DNA from: Lama glama
Lineage: Eukaryota
Direction: 5' to 3'
Assembly (NCBI GenBank): GCA_028534125.1
Contig: CM052837.1
Location: forward strand, 36,208,001 to 36,272,000
DNA: 64,000 bases
The stretch's first letter is position 1, and each line of letters starts with the position of its first letter. The notes beneath the pieces were generated by a model. That model did not search any database. It was not told where the DNA came from and saw only the letters and a program-made list of their open reading frames with translations. The position numbers and the translations under genes were made by a program. Positions 1-14,351 of this stretch are shown piece after piece.

Positions 1-88
1 GAAATTCCTGGAATTTTTTTCAAATATTTTCATTCCATGGTTGGTTGAATCCATGGATGTGGAGCCCATGGATACAGAGGGCCAGCTG
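1..88. mobile_element. MER2-like (TcMar-Tigger) DNA transposon end
   Basis: ttggttgaatccatggatgtggagcccatggatacagagggccagctg matches the MER2 terminal sequence/TIR as recalled; truncated by the window edge. Confidence 0.75.
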
Positions 89-1074
89 TGCCGTAAAAGC
101 TGGAAAAATAGCAAATCCAAAATCACTGCCAACAGCAAGAAGACCAGTGGGCTCAGGGCTTCTTCACAACGACCGTCGCAGCAGTTCGTGCCCTTACTGG
201 CCGTTTGTACGTGTCCTTTAGAACGAGCTCCCCGAAGGGCTCCTGTCCAACTCCTGTCCAGTCACTGGCAACCGTTATTTCCTTGGGAGCTGCGTTACCA
301 CTGACACACAGACGGTCTAATTTAACTCAGTTTGTACTTTTCAGAAATTGATTTGTATACACAATTTCACTCATAACACCTAAAGAGGGAGAATGTAAGA
401 TTTTACATGGCTCCAAAAACCAAAGCTAATGGCAGAAACATACACAGCAAACTCATGCCCCCAGCAGCTCCCTCTGCCCCGTGCCTTCCCTCTGCTCAGG
501 GGAGACCGTTTCTGTGAGCTGCTTGGTTCTCCTTTGAGCCTTGCTTTCTGCAGATATGAGCAGATACACCTGCAAGCTCGTATCTCTCTCCTGACACGGC
601 ACACACACCACTGCTCTTCCTGCTCACCCACCAACCCTGCAGGCTCTCCAGTTCCGCACGTGTCTTCCTGCCGCAAATGTCTCTGCTGTGTGCACGCAGC
701 TCAGCCGGCCGGCCGGGGCCGCGGGTATGTCTGTGTTGACGCAAGTATCCACCCTCTGAGTGACAGGTGATACTGCGATGAATAACCTGGGCCACCTGAC
801 ACTCTGCACGTGTCTAAGCAGAATTATTAGAATGCAGTGGCAATGTATTGTGTTGCTTGTGTTTTCCAGTGAGGCTGTTGTGAGCTTTGCCTCAAATAAT
901 TACACGTCTCAGGGCCCCCAGCACCTCCGCGCAACTCCTGTCCCCCCTCAAAGTGAGAAGAAACCCCCCAGACCACAGAGCTGTAGAGCCACACCTGCAC
1001 TTACCAGCCGGGGTCCTGACACCCCCAAAACGCATGCTGGCTGGAGGGACGTCCACGCAGGGCCCCTCAACACC

Positions 1075-1500
1075 TGATGGGTCGCGTCCCAGGCTGCTCT
1101 AGCACGTGACCACAGACCGGGTGGGTTAGAACAGCTGCGGGACAGTCTCTCACGGCTCTGGAGGCCAAACGCCCCAGATCCAGGTGCTGGCAGGGCCGCG
1201 CTCCCTCTGGAGGCTCCGGGAGGCCGCTCCTGGTGGTGGCCACCAGTCTTTGGTGTCCTTGGCTCCGAGCCGCCTCTCTCCAGCCTCCGCCTCTATCTGC
1301 ACGTGGCCCTGTCCCTGGGTCTCGAATCTCCCTCCCCTTGCTCTCCCATGGCCCCCGTCCTTGGACTTGGGGTCCACCCTCAATCCAGGATGACTTCATC
1401 TCAAGACCTTTAACTCGCTGGCATCTACAAAGACCCTATGTGTCAAAAGGTCACATGCACAAGTTCCAGATGGACACATCTTTGTGGACCACCCCCCCAC
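1075..1500 (-). mobile_element. MaLR solo LTR (MLT1-type)
   Basis: MLT1 motifs: ctcacggctctggaggcc, ccaggtgctggcaggg, ccaccctcaatccaggatgacttcatctcaagacc, ctacaaagaccctat, aaggtcacat; boundaries approximate. Confidence 0.75.
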
Positions 1501-1663
1501 CTGCTCCAACTCTGGAGGCGGCCCTGGCAAACAGCCGGGGCCTTGACCTGCTGGTAGGAGGGGGAGGGTCCGGGTCGGGCTAGGCCCTCCTGATGCTTGA
1601 AGGGGGGCAGCGCCGTGGGGTCGGGGGACTGCCCCGAGGAGCCCAGTCGCTGCCACGCCATGA

Positions 1664-2146
<483 letters not shown>

Positions 2147-2621
2147 TAGAGTCCAAAACACCTAGTGACACCTGCAACCCAGAAAGCTCCCGGCCTGGGG
2201 TGCCCCAAGCAGGGAAGCCCAGTCCGGGGACAGCTGGGACCACAGCCACCAGGCTGCCCTGACAGCAGTCGGCCCGGCGCCGCGAGCGCCCCACAGACCA
2301 TGAGCGCCACCGTGATTCCGCCCCAGACGAGCATCAGCCGTGTCTAGGCTCGGGCTGGGTCCTGACTCCACCCTCGTGAGCTGTCTGGCTTTTGCACGCC
2401 ACCCGCCCTCTGTCCTCGGTCTCCGCACCTGTGGAGCGGGACGGCGGAGGGCCTGCCCCCCAGGGTCCCCATGGGCTTCACTAGCCCATCCACCTCGGGG
2501 ACCACCAGCCGCTGTTGTCGCTGTCCCGCGTGGGACCTGCTCCCCAGGGAGCTCAGCCCAGGCCGGCACTCCAAAGAGGGGCTCTCCCTGGCCCCTCGCC
2601 TCACCCTACCTCCTCCCCCAG

Positions 2622-2764
2622 ATACTCAAAGCTGTCGGACCCAGCAAACTGGCTGCACATCAACGCCACCAACGGCCAGATCAGCACGGCGGCCGTCCTC
2701 GACCGCGAGTCTCTCTACATCAGGAACAACGTCTACGAGGCCACGTTCCTGGCAGCCGACAACG
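2622..2764 (+). CDS. CDH4: Cadherin-4 exon 11 ([11 protein letters not shown]...LDRE...AADN)
   Basis: ccccag acceptor, G|gtgtgc donor, 143 bp, phase joins exon 10; LDRE motif. Confidence 0.97.
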
Positions 2765-3549
2765 GTGTGCCTGGGGGCGGGGGTGCGGGGGCGCCCTGAG
2801 GGCCCCGGCCTGGGGAGCGGCGTTGGGGCCCTGGGTGGCCCCTGCCCGGCCACTCAGAGCCCTGGGCTCACTGGTCGACAGGCACGAGTACTCACAGGTG
2901 GGCACCGCGGGAGCCGGGCTGGCGGCGTGGGGCCGAGGTCTGTCGCTGCCCCTGTGGCTCACCTGCACGACCTGAAACGCCTCCTGTCCCACCTGTAAAC
3001 TTGGGCATTAGAGCCACATCCGCACCGGAGAAAAGCTGCCTGCTGTGCCGACAGTCGGGGTGGGGGGACCCCACAGTTCAGCTGCCCCTCCCCTGACTGT
3101 AACAACCCATGACTTGGACCCCTGAGGCCTTCAGTCAGAGAAGGGGGCAGGGGTCCCCAAGAGGGGCCCAGAGGCAGGGTGGGCATCCATGAGAAGCCAC
3201 ACCGGTGGCACGTGCCTTGGGAGCTCAGAGAGGGCAATGGCGAGGCCCCTGAGCCAGAGGGGCCTGGGGTGGGGAGAGGGGCTGGGCATGGGTGAATGGG
3301 GGCTGGGCAGAGGCAGTGGCCAGGAGACCAGCAGGGAGCAGAAAGAACGTCCAAGAGCACTGGGCCTTCTGAGGGACATGGGTAGCATCTCCAGGAGCTG
3401 GTACGGGGACTCTTGGTGCCCCCTCCTTGGACCGAGGGCACTCGGGAGCCCATGGGGGCCCTAGCTGGCAGGGTGTCCAGCCCACTCTGAAAAAGGAAGG
3501 GAGGGCGTGGGTGGGAGTGAAGACTCAAACCAGAGGTGAGTCCCAGCAC

Positions 3550-3700
3550 CTCCCCTCAGTGTGGGAAGAGACTTAACTCCCCAAGCCTCGGTTTCCTCCT
3601 CTGCAAAATGGGGACAGCCACTACCTCTGCTCGGGGGTGCCGCTGGAGGAACAGGGCCTGGCTCAAGTCAGCACCGGCATTCCTGCTGTGACCTCCTGGG
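3550..3700. mobile_element. MIR SINE
   Basis: MIR core acttaactccccaagcctcggtttcctcctctgcaaaatgggga; boundaries approximate. Confidence 0.7.
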
Positions 3701-3774
3701 CTCCTGCCATGTGCCAGCCACAATTCATCAGTGAGCAAAACAGACAAAATCATGGTTGACATTCCAGAGGCCAG

Positions 3775-4215
3775 TGTGTCAGCTAGAACCAGGTTTGGCT
3801 GCATCATAATAATCATAATCACAACAAGACGGAGGTTTATTTTCTCCCAAATAAAAGAAGGCTGAAGGCCGGCAGCCCTGGGTCAGGCACAAGCAACCAG
3901 GCTCACTCTGGCCACCCCCGTGTCCTCGGCAAGCTGTAGCATGGCCCAGAATGGCTGCCAGTGCTCCAGCCATCAGGACCACATTCTGGCAAACAGAGCA
4001 GGGAGGTCAAGGGCATACCCCAGCCCTTCTAAGGACTTCCACTCACAACTCATGAAGGCCAGAACTCAGTCATGAAAACACCTGGCTACAAGGGATGCTG
4101 AGAAATGCAGTCTTCTCGCTGGGCAGTGATAACCCCAGATCGGATTGGCGGCTCTGGGTCTTTTATTAAAGAACAAAGAAGAAATGGAGATTGAGGGACT
4201 TAGCAGTCTCTGCCC
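3775..4215. mobile_element. Old MaLR LTR (MLT1J/K-like)
   Basis: agaatggctgccagtgctccagccatca, ggccagaactcagtcatg, ggctacaagggatgctgagaaatgcagtct are typical old MLT1 motifs. Confidence 0.65.
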
Positions 4216-4219
4216 CAGG

Positions 4220-4520
4220 GAGACGGATGAGAAACAAGTTCGCCAGATCATTTCAGGAAACGACAAATGGAAGAAAACAGAATGGGGGATGGGAGAGTGA
4301 CCAGGGCCACAGCTGTGCTCCTGGCTATGAGTGACTGTGGGGCCAAGACTTGCAGGGCCAAGGGAACAAACCAGGGAAAGATGGGATGGGGCGGGGAGTC
4401 CCAGGATTAGGAAAGTGCACGTGCAAAGGCCCCGGGGCAAGCCCATGCCAGGCGGGTTCTGGGAACAGCTGCACAACTGAGGTCTCAAGGCCTAGAGCTG
4501 CACCGAGGTTCCGTCAACAG
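4220..4520. mobile_element. L2 LINE fragment
   Basis: purine-rich degenerate L2 sequence incl. gtgcacgtgcaaaggccccgggg. Confidence 0.45.
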
Positions 4521-5509
4521 CAATGAAAGTAGGCCCCGGAGACCTTCAGGGCAGCCTCCTCCCCCCCTGCCCCATGGGGTCCACAAAGGCCCAGCCCCCT
4601 GGCGGGCCACCAGGAGTGCCAGGCTCTGACGGGGAAGGCTGCGATCCCGGGCATCCTCTCCTCCCAGTGGCCAGAGCAGTGAGACTAGCTTAGGTCGAGA
4701 TTTTAAACGAGCCTGTGACGGAGCGGTGGGAAGTGCAGAAGAGGCGGGGAACGCAGCACAGGCCCCACCGGTTAACAGAACTTGCCTGTGCTCCTCCTGA
4801 CTGTGGGCTGCGTCATCATCCACTTAGCAAAGCAGTTAGCAAAGGAGGCACCAAGCTGCACCACCTGAGATGTGTTTTGCTGCGTTTTCTGGAAGATACA
4901 GAGACGTGCTGCGGGCTGCATGCTTTACACACTCCCCCTGCCGCCACCAAAAACGCGGTCATAGACGTCGGGGTCGGAGTTGCCATCAGAAGGCAGAGCC
5001 ACGGTCAGAACACGGAGGATAGCAAGGGCGTCTCCAGCCTCCCGGCCCCCATCCATCCCCACCGTCAGCCTGGCGGAGGCAGGGGTTGGGTGCAGGGGAG
5101 GCTCGGGGACAGTGGCGGCCCCGAGAGCTGTCAGGGCTCAGCAGGTCACCTGGGTCTACACCAAGGCCGGCACCGTGGAGGGCCACTTTGAGACCAGCCT
5201 GCTGTGGTGGGGGGCCCCCAACCCGAAACTCATCTTGAGAGCCTCCCCCTGCCTCCAAAATAGCTCCAGAAGTGGCCGTTTTGGTTCTAAGTATCCGAGC
5301 ACAGGGCTTCTGGCCGTGAGGGTCCCTGCTGGGCGGGGCCAGGAAAACATGAGCCAGGCCAAGGTTTTTCCCTACAAGGATGGAGAAGCAGGCGCCAGCT
5401 CCATGGCCCACCCTCCCGGAAGCCCCCCCCCCCTGCCCAGGCTCCCAGAGGGGACGGGGTCCTGAGTGTGGCTCTGAGCTTAATGGCGCAACTCTTGCCC
5501 ATCACTTGT

Positions 5510-5770
5510 GCTCTGCGTGTGTGCTGTGTGCACATGTGTGCATGTGTGTGGACATGTGTGTGGCTGTGGGTCTGGATGTGGCCACACGTCTGCAGTCTGT
5601 GCCCTGGTGACGTCTGTTCATATGTTGTGTGCAGCTGAGTGGCTGCACACGTTCTAAGAGAGAGTGTCGGTGTGTGTTTGGAGCTGTGGTCTGTCCTGGG
5701 TGGGGTCCTGGGTGGGGCTGTGGTCTGTCCTGGGTAGGGTCCTGGGGGGGGGTCCTGGGGGGGGTGTGGG
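5510..5770 (+). repeat. Degenerate (TG)n tract followed by G-rich tandem repeats (gtcctggg units)
   Basis: directly visible low-complexity sequence. Confidence 0.75.
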
Positions 5771-5820
5771 CTGGTCTGACGCGTGGCCTTGCGTGTTTGC
5801 TGGTGGCGTATCATGAGTGA

Positions 5821-6327
<507 letters not shown>

Positions 6328-6499
6328 TGAGGCCGAGACTTCTTCCTGTGCCAGTTTCCGCTTGAGGGGACCCCACCAATGTACTTCCTAAGGGTCCTTT
6401 CCTAGACGTGGACGTGTTGTGTGAATAAAGGGCGTCCAGGATCTGAGTCCTGGGAGCACACGCCTGGCCCCAGCCCCAACACTGAATATTACTGTTTCG

Positions 6500-6740
6500 G
6501 AAGGCACTTTACCAACTCTGAGCCAGAATCAGTTTCCAGTGGCATCTCTTCACTGCCAGTGGGCGTTCTTTCCGTGATCTGTTTTTTGCTTCTGTGAATT
6601 ACCTGCCTAGTGTCCTTGCCTGTATTTCTTCGAGGGTTTGTTTTCGACTGACCTGGTAGAACTCTTCATACATTAAGGCAATAATTTCTTCACCCTGCGT
6701 GTTGCAACTGCCCCCTTCTTGAGTTGCCATCTTTCAACCT
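6500..6740 (-). mobile_element. Old L1 (L1M) fragment
   Basis: T-rich antisense L1 ORF2-like sequence (cttctgtgaattacctgcctagtgtccttgcc...tagaactcttcatacattaagg). Confidence 0.55.
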
Positions 6741-6924
6741 CACGGTATGATGCTGTGTGCGTGTGCACGCGCACGCCTGTGCACAAGGGTGTGCGTCCAT
6801 GCGTGCCTTGGCCAGACAGACGTGCTGGACGTTCACAGTCAGACTCAGTCCTGTCCTTCGGAAGCCCAGCTAGGAAAGGTGGGCTGGCGGCCCCCTGAGC
6901 GAAGCACGCCCTGTGCCCCACCAG

Positions 6925-7158
6925 GTGACCACGCCCAGCTCAGCCTGCGCATCCTGTACCTGGAGGCGGGGGTGTACGATGTACCCGTCACCGTCACAGA
7001 CTCCGGGAACCCGCCCCTGTCCAACTCGTCCATCATCAAAGTCAAGGTGTGCCCGTGTGACGACAGCGGCGACTGCACCACCGTGGGCGCCGTGGCAGCG
7101 GCCGGCCTGGGCACCGGGGCCATCGTGGCCATCCTCATCTGCATCGTCATCCTGCTGA
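6925..7158 (+). CDS. CDH4: Cadherin-4 exon 13 (EC5 end and transmembrane helix; [10 protein letters not shown]...[14 protein letters not shown])
   Basis: ccaccag acceptor, A|gtgagt donor, 234 bp. Confidence 0.97.
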   Translation: MTTPSSACASCTWRRGCTMYPSPSQTPGTRPCPTRPSSKSRCARVTTAATAPPWAPWQRPAWAPGPSWPSSSASSSC

Positions 7159-7311
7159 GTGAGTGCGGCCGGCCCTGCACCTGCATCTCCCGGCGGCCCC
7201 CCACCCCCGGCCCACCCAGAACATTCAGACCGCGACCGGGCTGGTCCACACGATGACAGACACCGGCCCCCGCGGCCACACGAGCACGGCCTCGTGCACT
7301 CACATGAGTGA

Positions 7312-7677
<366 letters not shown>

Positions 7678-7720
7678 TGAGAACGCCTCCTTCCCCACAG
7701 CCACCCACCCGGCCGTGTGG

Positions 7721-7769
7721 GCCGGGGGACGCTCCCACCTGCCGGGGGACATCCCCACCTGCCGGGGGC
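7721..7769 (+). repeat. Short ~20-bp tandem repeat (cccacctgccgggggacat) x~2.5
   Basis: directly visible. Confidence 0.75.
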
Positions 7770-8230
7770 TGTCGGGCTCCCAGGAGGGTGGACTTGGAGG
7801 AGCTGCCTGGGTGGTTCTGCGTCCGCCACTGGTCACTGTGCACTCGGAGCAAGTCCTCCTCCCCTTAGAGCTCAGTCACCACCCCCTCCAACGGTGAAGT
7901 GGGGCAGCAGCAGCCCAGGTCCAGCTGTTCCCAGGAACAAACTTGGAACAGGCAGTGGGCCCTGGGGCCGCCTGGGGTCAGGCAGCCCAGGGCACAGACC
8001 TCACAGGTGCCTTGAGGATGAAAGGAGGCCAGGGGAGTGATTCAGGAAGGGCAGTGAGGGGACAGAAGAGGACGGGGGCGCACTCCGGGACCAGGAGACG
8101 GAATAGGACAGGGCACGTGCTCAGAGCCCAGCCACAGAGCAGGACGAGGATGCGCCCTGAGGCTTTTCTGGTGTCTCTGCTGCCATCCTCGTCCCAACCA
8201 CCTGCCTGACTCTGCGCGGCCCCTCCGCAG

Positions 8231-8395
8231 GACTACGACCTCAGCCAGCTGCAGCAGCCGGAGGCCATGGAGCACGTGCTGAGCAAGGCCCCCGGGGTGC
8301 GGCGGGTGGACGAGCGGCCCGTGGGCGCCGAGCCCCAGTACCCGGTCAGGCCTGTGGTGCCCCACCCGGGGGACATCGGCGACTTCATCAACGAG
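8231..8395 (+). CDS. CDH4: Cadherin-4 exon 15 ([11 protein letters not shown]...[10 protein letters not shown])
   Basis: ccgcag acceptor, GAG|gtgggt donor, 165 bp. Confidence 0.98.
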
Positions 8396-10086
8396 GTGGG
8401 TGCCGCGGCAGCGGGAGGCCACACAGACCCCTTTGATAAAAGTGAGAGTGCAGTCACATGCTCCAGGAAGCCCACTTGGCGGGGCACAGAGGCGGGTTCA
8501 GAGCTGGGTCTTTGCAGAGCTGGCCTGTCAAGCCGGCAGCCAGGGGCCAAGCACTCCCCTCAGCATCCCCCTGGGAAGGGACCTCTGCCCCAGCCCCAGG
8601 CGCCGCGTCCCAGGCAGGGCCCACGGCAGGTGCGGAGTAAGAAATCGGAAACGTGAGGCCGCAGCCTCGCAGAATCAGGAAGGGAGGGAGGGCCACCCCG
8701 AGGGTGAGGGCCAGCCGAGGCCGCGGCTGCTGCAGATCAGAGAGGCCTCCCTGGTGTGCACTCCACCCCAATGCCCAGGCAGGCTTGCAAGTTGCTGGCT
8801 TCAGGTCCAGGCTGCCCCCAACACAGGGCACTGGGAATTGCGGGGGGGGTGGGTGTCCTCCGGAGCTGCCACCTGACCACGTGCCTGCAGCACCCGTCCT
8901 GATGTTTGGAGGCCACGTAGCTCAGAGTCCCAGCGAGCAACGTCCCCACCTTTGATCTTCCCCCTTTGCAAGAAAAGCTGGACCTCCTCTGGCAGCTGAG
9001 CCTGAGACGCCCAACCGACACGTCCAAGGGCGTCAGGGGCCTGCCCCCTGCCTGGGCGCCCTCCTTCCTTTGCACTAATGCAGAGGGACAACAGGGACAG
9101 GGCGTGTGGCCGCACCCAAGACTGTCCCCTGTGAGCCGCGTCCCAGGCGGTCAGCACCCCGGGCTTCCCCATCGCTCCCAGAGGCGGCCACGCCCTTGGG
9201 GCGTAGGTCCCCGGGCTCCACCGCTGTTCTCTAAGACGGGCTGTATTTTATGAGGGGTTGTCAACACTTTTGTGTCCACCTATGCCAGAACCTGACCTTA
9301 AAAAGATTAGTTTAAATGGAATAGAACCAGGAAGTGGTTCAGCAGAGATACAGACACGGCTCAGAACAGGCCGCACCCCAGGCCACAGATGGAATTCCTA
9401 CAGCTGCCCGAAAGCTGGTTCAGCTTAGACGACACTGACAGTGTAATAAATTCTTAAAAGCCCCAAAACCACGTCCTCCCCAGTCCACGAGGAGAAGCCC
9501 ACTTCTAAGTCACTTACAGGAAATCAAAAAGGTAAAGGCCAAACCACTCAGGACCGAATAATGGCCCAGGGCCCCTCCCTGACCAGGGCAGCGTTAGACA
9601 GTCACCGCCATGGGCACCTGGGCCATTTGCTGGGACCCTGGGCCAGCGAACCCCAGCACAGTCCCATTCACGGTCTCTGGGGGCGCTGCCCTCAGCCAAC
9701 GGCCACACGTGAGCCCTTGCGGGCAGAGGACACAGGCCCTGGCCATGGAGGTCCCAGCAGGTGCACCGGAGGAGAGGGGGCCAGGACACGCGGGCGGGTT
9801 CCAGCAACACCTGCTGCACTGCCAGGCCCTGCTCCTGGGCGTCGCTGTGGCAACAACTCCAGGCCGCGGATGCCTGTCCACGTCAGGGTCTCATTCCACA
9901 GGCAGCAGTCACGAATCAAGAGCCAGCCTCCCGCCGCAGGCCCCGCCCGGCCCTCCGCCCCACAACTCCAGCCCTCCTCCACAGGCCATTGTGCAAACAC
10001 CACGGCCCTACCCAGTTCTCTGGCATGCCTCCCGGTGAGGCACAGGGAGCACTTCCTGAGCGCCTACTGTATGCCAGGCCGTATAG

Positions 10087-10386
<300 letters not shown>

Positions 10387-10421
10387 CCGGCCTCACCGCC
10401 CCGATGCGAGAGAGCAGCGCT

Positions 10422-10444
10422 CGGACGGACGGACGGACGGACGG
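10422..10444 (+). repeat. (CGGA)n microsatellite, ~5.75 units
   Basis: cggacggacggacggacggacgg. Confidence 0.9.
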
Positions 10445-12257
10445 GAGGAGCAGGCCTGGAGGCGGCGGCTGGCCCTCCTGGCTCCCGCGGCCGGCCACTT
10501 AGCGGCGTGCTGGGGCCCCCCCGCCCCAGCCCCCGACGCTGAGCTGCCTGGCATGAACACTCCTGGCCCCGCGGTCCGCCACCCACCCCGGTAGCTGACT
10601 GAGCACTACAGGCGAGCGAGAGGCACTCTGTCTTAACTTGAATTTCTTAGAACAGAAGCACTGTTAAAAAAAAAAAAAAAGTGCCTTTTGGTACATGTAT
10701 CAGATTCCCTCAAACTCAGGAGCGACTAAAAGCAAGAGACAGACCAAGCCCCCGCCGAGTCCTGAGCACCCCCAGCCCCAGCCCGGCCCGGCTCTGAAGG
10801 CGCCAGTTAAGGAACTGGGGAGGATGTGGGGGGTTTCAGTCTATGATCAAGAAAAAAAAGTGGGTGACTCACTTGACAAAACTGGCAAATAGTTTAGGGT
10901 CCAAACTCCACCAGCCCTTCCGAGTCCTGGCGCTTTGCTGTACACAGTTGGGGGGGGTCTCCTGGGCCCCTTGGGGGTTCCCGAGGCCGGTGGGAGGCGG
11001 GAGGCCAGCCTTCGGCTCCCACAGCAGCAAGTCCCCCTGGGGCGGGCCAAGCCCGTGGACCAAAGTCCCACCATGCAATCTGGCTACACTGAGTTGTCAG
11101 CTACCCCGGCTCCCAGATGCAGGAAATAGCGGGGGCGGGTGGGGTTCCCAGGAGCCATCCGTGCCTGATGCACCCCATCTTGGCCATTCCCAGGGCCCCC
11201 TAGTCAATGATTAGGCCTCCTCCAGGGCCAACTGTGACCCCAAATACCACCCAGGTCCCCACTGGCTTTGGTCCAAGCGAGTATGGCATCCCAAGAAACC
11301 ACAACCAAAACCAGCCAGCACCCCACCAAACCCCGGCATGAGCCGCCCCCAGACCCGGGCAGACTCCCCAGGGACCCCACCAGAGGCCCAGCGAACACGT
11401 GCCAGGCTAGACCCCTGAAGGCTCTGGGGCCGTGCGGGCCACGGGGAGAGCAGAGCCTCACTTGGGCTGCAGGAGGCTGGAAACCAGCATGACCAGCGGG
11501 AGACCCCAGTGGCTCTTGCCGCCGCCCTGCCCCTCTGGAGCGGACTTTCTGACGCTCGTGGAGCTTGCTGACGGGGACGGCAGACACCTGCTCCGCATGT
11601 CCGGGAGAGCCTGTCGTGGTGGTGCCGTCTGCCCCCAGGTGTGTCTAGACCGCACCCGCCAGAAACAGTCCCCCTCCCTCTGGACCCGCGGCAGCACCAA
11701 GCAGCTGCTGGCACTCTCAGAGCCAGACGTGCCCTCCCGACGGGCAGTCGGACTCTCAAGCCAGACCCCAGTCAGTGCCGCAGAGCAGACAGCGAAAGGG
11801 GCCGTGTCCCAAGGACCCCCTGGGGAGCCCCCTGCTGCGTTTGTCACTGGGGCAGGAAAGGCCCCGGTGCATCTCTTGCCCCCGCCGTCTCCCAGGGACA
11901 GCCGCTCTGGCTGTGAAGGCGCCTCAGGCCCCAGCCTGAGAAGACACCCTCCTGGGGGAACCCTCGTCTGCTCTCAGGCTCCCCAGGGAGGGGCGTAGGC
12001 GGCCCTCGCAGGACTTGGCATCAGAGCCCCAGCGCTGACAAGGAGCCCCACCCTGGAGCCCCACCCCGCACCTGCTCCCGGGGTCAGGGGAGGCCTCAGG
12101 AGGGCCTGGGGAGGTGGGGGGTCTGGGGTGCACATGTCCCCTGGTCTCTCCACCTGGGGGTCCTTGATCCACTCCCCAGCCTCCAGCCCACCCCCATTGC
12201 CATGGTCATTCTCTTTTCTAAACAGCTTTGGCCTCGAAGGTGAACTTGAGTGTACCC

Positions 12258-12278
12258 GTGTGTGTGTGTGTGTGTGTG
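12258..12278 (+). repeat. (GT)10 microsatellite
   Basis: directly visible. Confidence 0.9.
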
Positions 12279-14243
12279 ATACGCGTGGTGTGTCCCCCTT
12301 GGACGTCAGGGTTCTCCCCCAAACCAAGCCCATTACTAACTCAGTGCATCCTCCTGGAGCTGAGCCGGAGAGACGAGCTCGGGCACGGGCCTGATGGTGG
12401 CCCCAGGTGGGCTCCATCCATCCTGCCGCCTCCCTGACTGCTGGGGAGGGACGGATGGACAGAGGCGGCAGTCACCCGTGTCATGTGCCGATGCCCCTTC
12501 CCGAGGACGGCATCTCACAGACTCTCAGACCGTGGGGGTGGCCTGCCGAGGGGAGGGGAGGGGACGCCCCCAGTCCAAAGCCATGCTATGCAAATTGCTC
12601 CGGGTCAGGTAGCCAATGAGGATTGTCCCAGCACCTGGGGGCGTGGCCATTCTCGGGGTGGCTGGCAGTGTCGGGTTTGGTGTGATGTGAGCTGGAATCC
12701 TCTGTTTGTGTTTGGTTTTGGAAAGTCCATCCTCCAGTCGAAGTTCTAAGTGTGGATGTGGGCAGGGGGCCCAGCCAGCTGTGGGCTCTCCCCTCTGACG
12801 TCCTGAGGCCTCCTTGGGTCCCCAGGCCCTGGGCTCACCTCAGGGATGGATGTGCCGAACCTGGTATCCTGAACACCAACCCCACCGACCCCTCGGGCAC
12901 CAGGAGCCCCTGCCTCCCTCCAGCCAGAAGAGCGGGACGCAGGGATCCGTCTCACCGCCTCCCTCCAGCCTCTCTCCCCTCTCCCGGGGCCTCTCCTCAC
13001 TGCCAGGCCCCCGCTGCACTGTGCCCATGTGCCCCAGGCTGAGGCGGCGGCAGCCAGCTGGGGGCAAGTCGACAGGGGGCTTCCCACCCCCATCCCTGCT
13101 TCCAGGCAGCTGGACGGCTGTCCCTTCTCACCCCCATCGCGGGCAGCCCCTGGAGGCCAGAAAAGCACGGGGTGCCCACAGCCTCCCAGATGCATCCCAG
13201 AACTCCATCCCGACCACGAGTGAGCGTCAGCTCAGCGGACAGTCAGTGTCAAATGTCTCTCTCACGTAGCTGGTCGATGCAGTGTGTCCAGACCAGGGGA
13301 CACGGCTGTGGAGGCTGACTCAGCACTGGCAAAGTGCTCCAGGGAGTTCCTCTTCAGCTCCTCTAGGGAACTTTTGTCCTTGTGAGCAGGAGAGACGTGT
13401 GCTGTTGGGCAGAGCAGCAAGAACCGCCTGGCCTTGGTCAGCGGGCACCCCCAGCCCGGGGCCCCCGTGCCTGTCGGGGCTCAGCACCCCAGCTCCTGGC
13501 CAAGCAGGCCTTCTCTTCCCTGCGTCTTTCAGAACATCCAAAGTGCTAGGCCTCCCCCTGCCGAAGTGTCAGGGCCAGTCGTCAGGCCCTCAGAGATGCC
13601 TCAGGTTCCCTGGCGGGAGCACCGTGGACACACACGGTCCTCTGAGATGACAACTCCGTTCTCTCCAGGGAAAAGCCAGGGAGGGGAGTCTCGATGTTTG
13701 TCAGTGCTGACAGGAGCGACACCAGAAAAGCAAGCAAAGTCTCCCACACGCAGCCCATCACGGGGAACAGCCGGCAGCGACGCGGTGCACAAAAGACAGG
13801 CCCTGCTCGAAGCGGCAGGACGGTGGGGACCACCTCTGTGTATAACTGGAACGCGGTTCGCTTTTCCTTTCTCTCCTTTTTCCATTCTGATTTTTTTTTT
13901 TTGCATGTTTCTTTTTGAAAACGGACATGAGCAGCAGCCCGCATGACTGTGGCTGTCCTGGGAAAGATACTGGAGTGTGATGTGTCCACGCTGCACCTCT
14001 GAGCGTTGCGCACTTACACAAACGTTCCAACTGTTTTGTAATTGTCAACAGCACAACTATTTTGTATTGTTGTTTGTATCATTTTGTACCAAAAAAAAAA
14101 AAGGAAAAAAAAGGGAAGAGCGTCGATGTTTTCAATGTGTTTTTAGTGCCAGGTGGTCTTGGTTCCGAACTGAGTAGCAGGTTTGCGGAGTTGTCGTGTG
14201 CTGGAGCGGAGTCGGGGCACCGGCGCGCTGCTCCGGAGGAGTC

Positions 14244-14249
14244 AATAAA
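14244..14249 (+). terminator. CDH4: CDH4 polyadenylation signal AATAAA
   Basis: canonical hexamer, upstream TGTA motifs (14038-14088), downstream U-rich ccttgttttt. Confidence 0.75.
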
Positions 14250-14351
14250 GTCCCCCTTTTAAACAGTCGGCCTCACCTGCCTTGTTTTTCCAAGGACACC
14301 CACGCGCGCAGGGGCAGTAGACGGTGAACACGGGGTTGGTGCAAGGAGCGG

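Larger units (their letters stand above)
10387..14270 (+). other. CDH4: CDH4 3'UTR (~3.9 kb)
   Basis: from stop to first AATAAA seen (14244); AT-rich blocks at 10620-10700 and 13850-14150; cleavage site approximate. Confidence 0.7.

Noticed and set aside
13616-13631. RE1-like GGAGCACCGTGGACAC in the CDH4 3'UTR (and ccaccacggac near 15520)
   Set aside because: Mismatches at key TCAG and GACAG positions; much weaker than the 18638 site
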